Shown piece after piece: positions 63,397 through 64,000 of a DNA stretch of 64,000 nt. The DNA is taken from IMG/VR virus record IMGVR_UViG_3300046804_004438, positions 46,387 to 110,386 of that record. One strand, given 5' to 3'. Within the stretch, counting starts at the first letter, position 1; every line of letters begins with the position of its first letter. The position numbers and the translations under genes are program-made. This DNA is from a virus. The notes beneath the pieces are model-generated. The model saw only the letters and a program-made list of their open reading frames with translations, made no database searches and had not been told where the DNA came from.

Positions 63397-64000
63397 CGTC
63401 TAATCAATTCATTTGTAAAATCTAAAAGTAAATCCCAGTTAGACGTCTTTTCTGGATTCCATTTTTTCTTCATCCACGAGTGACAACTATACCAGTTCTC
63501 ATCTGCCTCTGGATGTGAACCTATCAATCCCACCCGTCCTTGATAGCCTGCCATAACATCGCCATTAGGGTAAGTGGCAACAATATCCATTTTACCGCTT
63601 CCAATAATACTGCACCCGTCATACCAATATATTTTTTCTTGTTGTCCATGCCAATTGACCTCTAGATCTTTGGGATGGGGTCTTTTTGTTTTTGATCCAG
63701 GACGACCCATGAACTGGACACAATCTCTGTCTTTGACTAGATTTAAATATTTACTTCCTGCCCAATATGCACCCATACAAATACCAAGATAATGTCCACC
63801 ATGAGCCACATAATCTCTAATAGCATCTTTGTGGTTTTTCATAACCTTATCAAAAGTATTGACATCTCCTATTCCACCAGGAACAGCAATAACATCTACA
63901 TCGTCGAAAAAATTATCATAAGGAATCTTGTGACGTGTAAAAATTTTAAATGTATGTTGTGATTGTAATGCATTCATGATGGCGTTAACACCATCAACCG
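63393..64000 (-). CDS. BPL_N / class I glutamine-amidotransferase-like protein (5' end probably outside the window)
   Basis: PGG, YLGICMGAY and HPE motifs. Confidence 0.75.
   Translation of the reverse strand, partial: VDGVNAIMNALQSQHTFKIFTRHKIPYDNFFDDVDVIAVPGGIGDVNTFDKVMKNHKDAIRDYVAHGGHYLGICMGAYWAGSKYLNLVKDRDCVQFMGRPGSKTKRPHPKDLEVNWHGQQEKIYWYDGCSIIGSGKMDIVATYPNGDVMAGYQGRVGLIGSHPEADENWYSCHSWMKKKWNPEKTSNWDLLLDFTNELIRR

Noticed and set aside
784-63792. Numerous 60-120 aa antisense or alternate-frame ORFs in the track
   Set aside because: They lie within well-supported genes and lack RBSs or motifs.
1-64000. Stop-codon reassignment or suppressor tRNAs
   Set aside because: Core genes are full length in the standard code, and no tRNA has a CTA, TTA or TCA anticodon.

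Overview
This is a 64-kb segment of a large, AT-rich T4-like myophage genome, mostly coded on the minus strand. Core T4-type genes are gp32, gp59, gp33, RNase H and gp61 primase, with TATAAATA late promoters. The host is probably an alphaproteobacterium (Hyphomicrobiales/Rhizobiales), because the phage carries a circularly permuted two-piece tmRNA (tag ANDNFAPSLALAA) and a rhizobial-type outer-membrane beta-barrel gene. The window also holds 12 tRNAs, a class II RNR, ThyX, GuaC, PhoH, PstS with a candidate Pho box, Dps, spanins, collagen-like fibre genes, a ~7-kb glycan-modification cluster and two HNH endonucleases. Most striking observations: (1) a stand-alone early transcription unit whose 60-codon ORF has no G after its fourth base (190 nt without G on the coding strand); (2) four tandem stem-closed small-RNA units, several with tRNA anticodon-loop-like heptamers, directly upstream of a Ro60-like TROVE/vWA gene; (3) proteins with T4-type capsid-targeting leaders, including a HiPIP [4Fe-4S] protein and ligase-like and nuclease-like enzymes; (4) a phage-encoded ACP, ketosynthase and AcpS set. 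All calls come from motif recognition by eye; no database searches were run.
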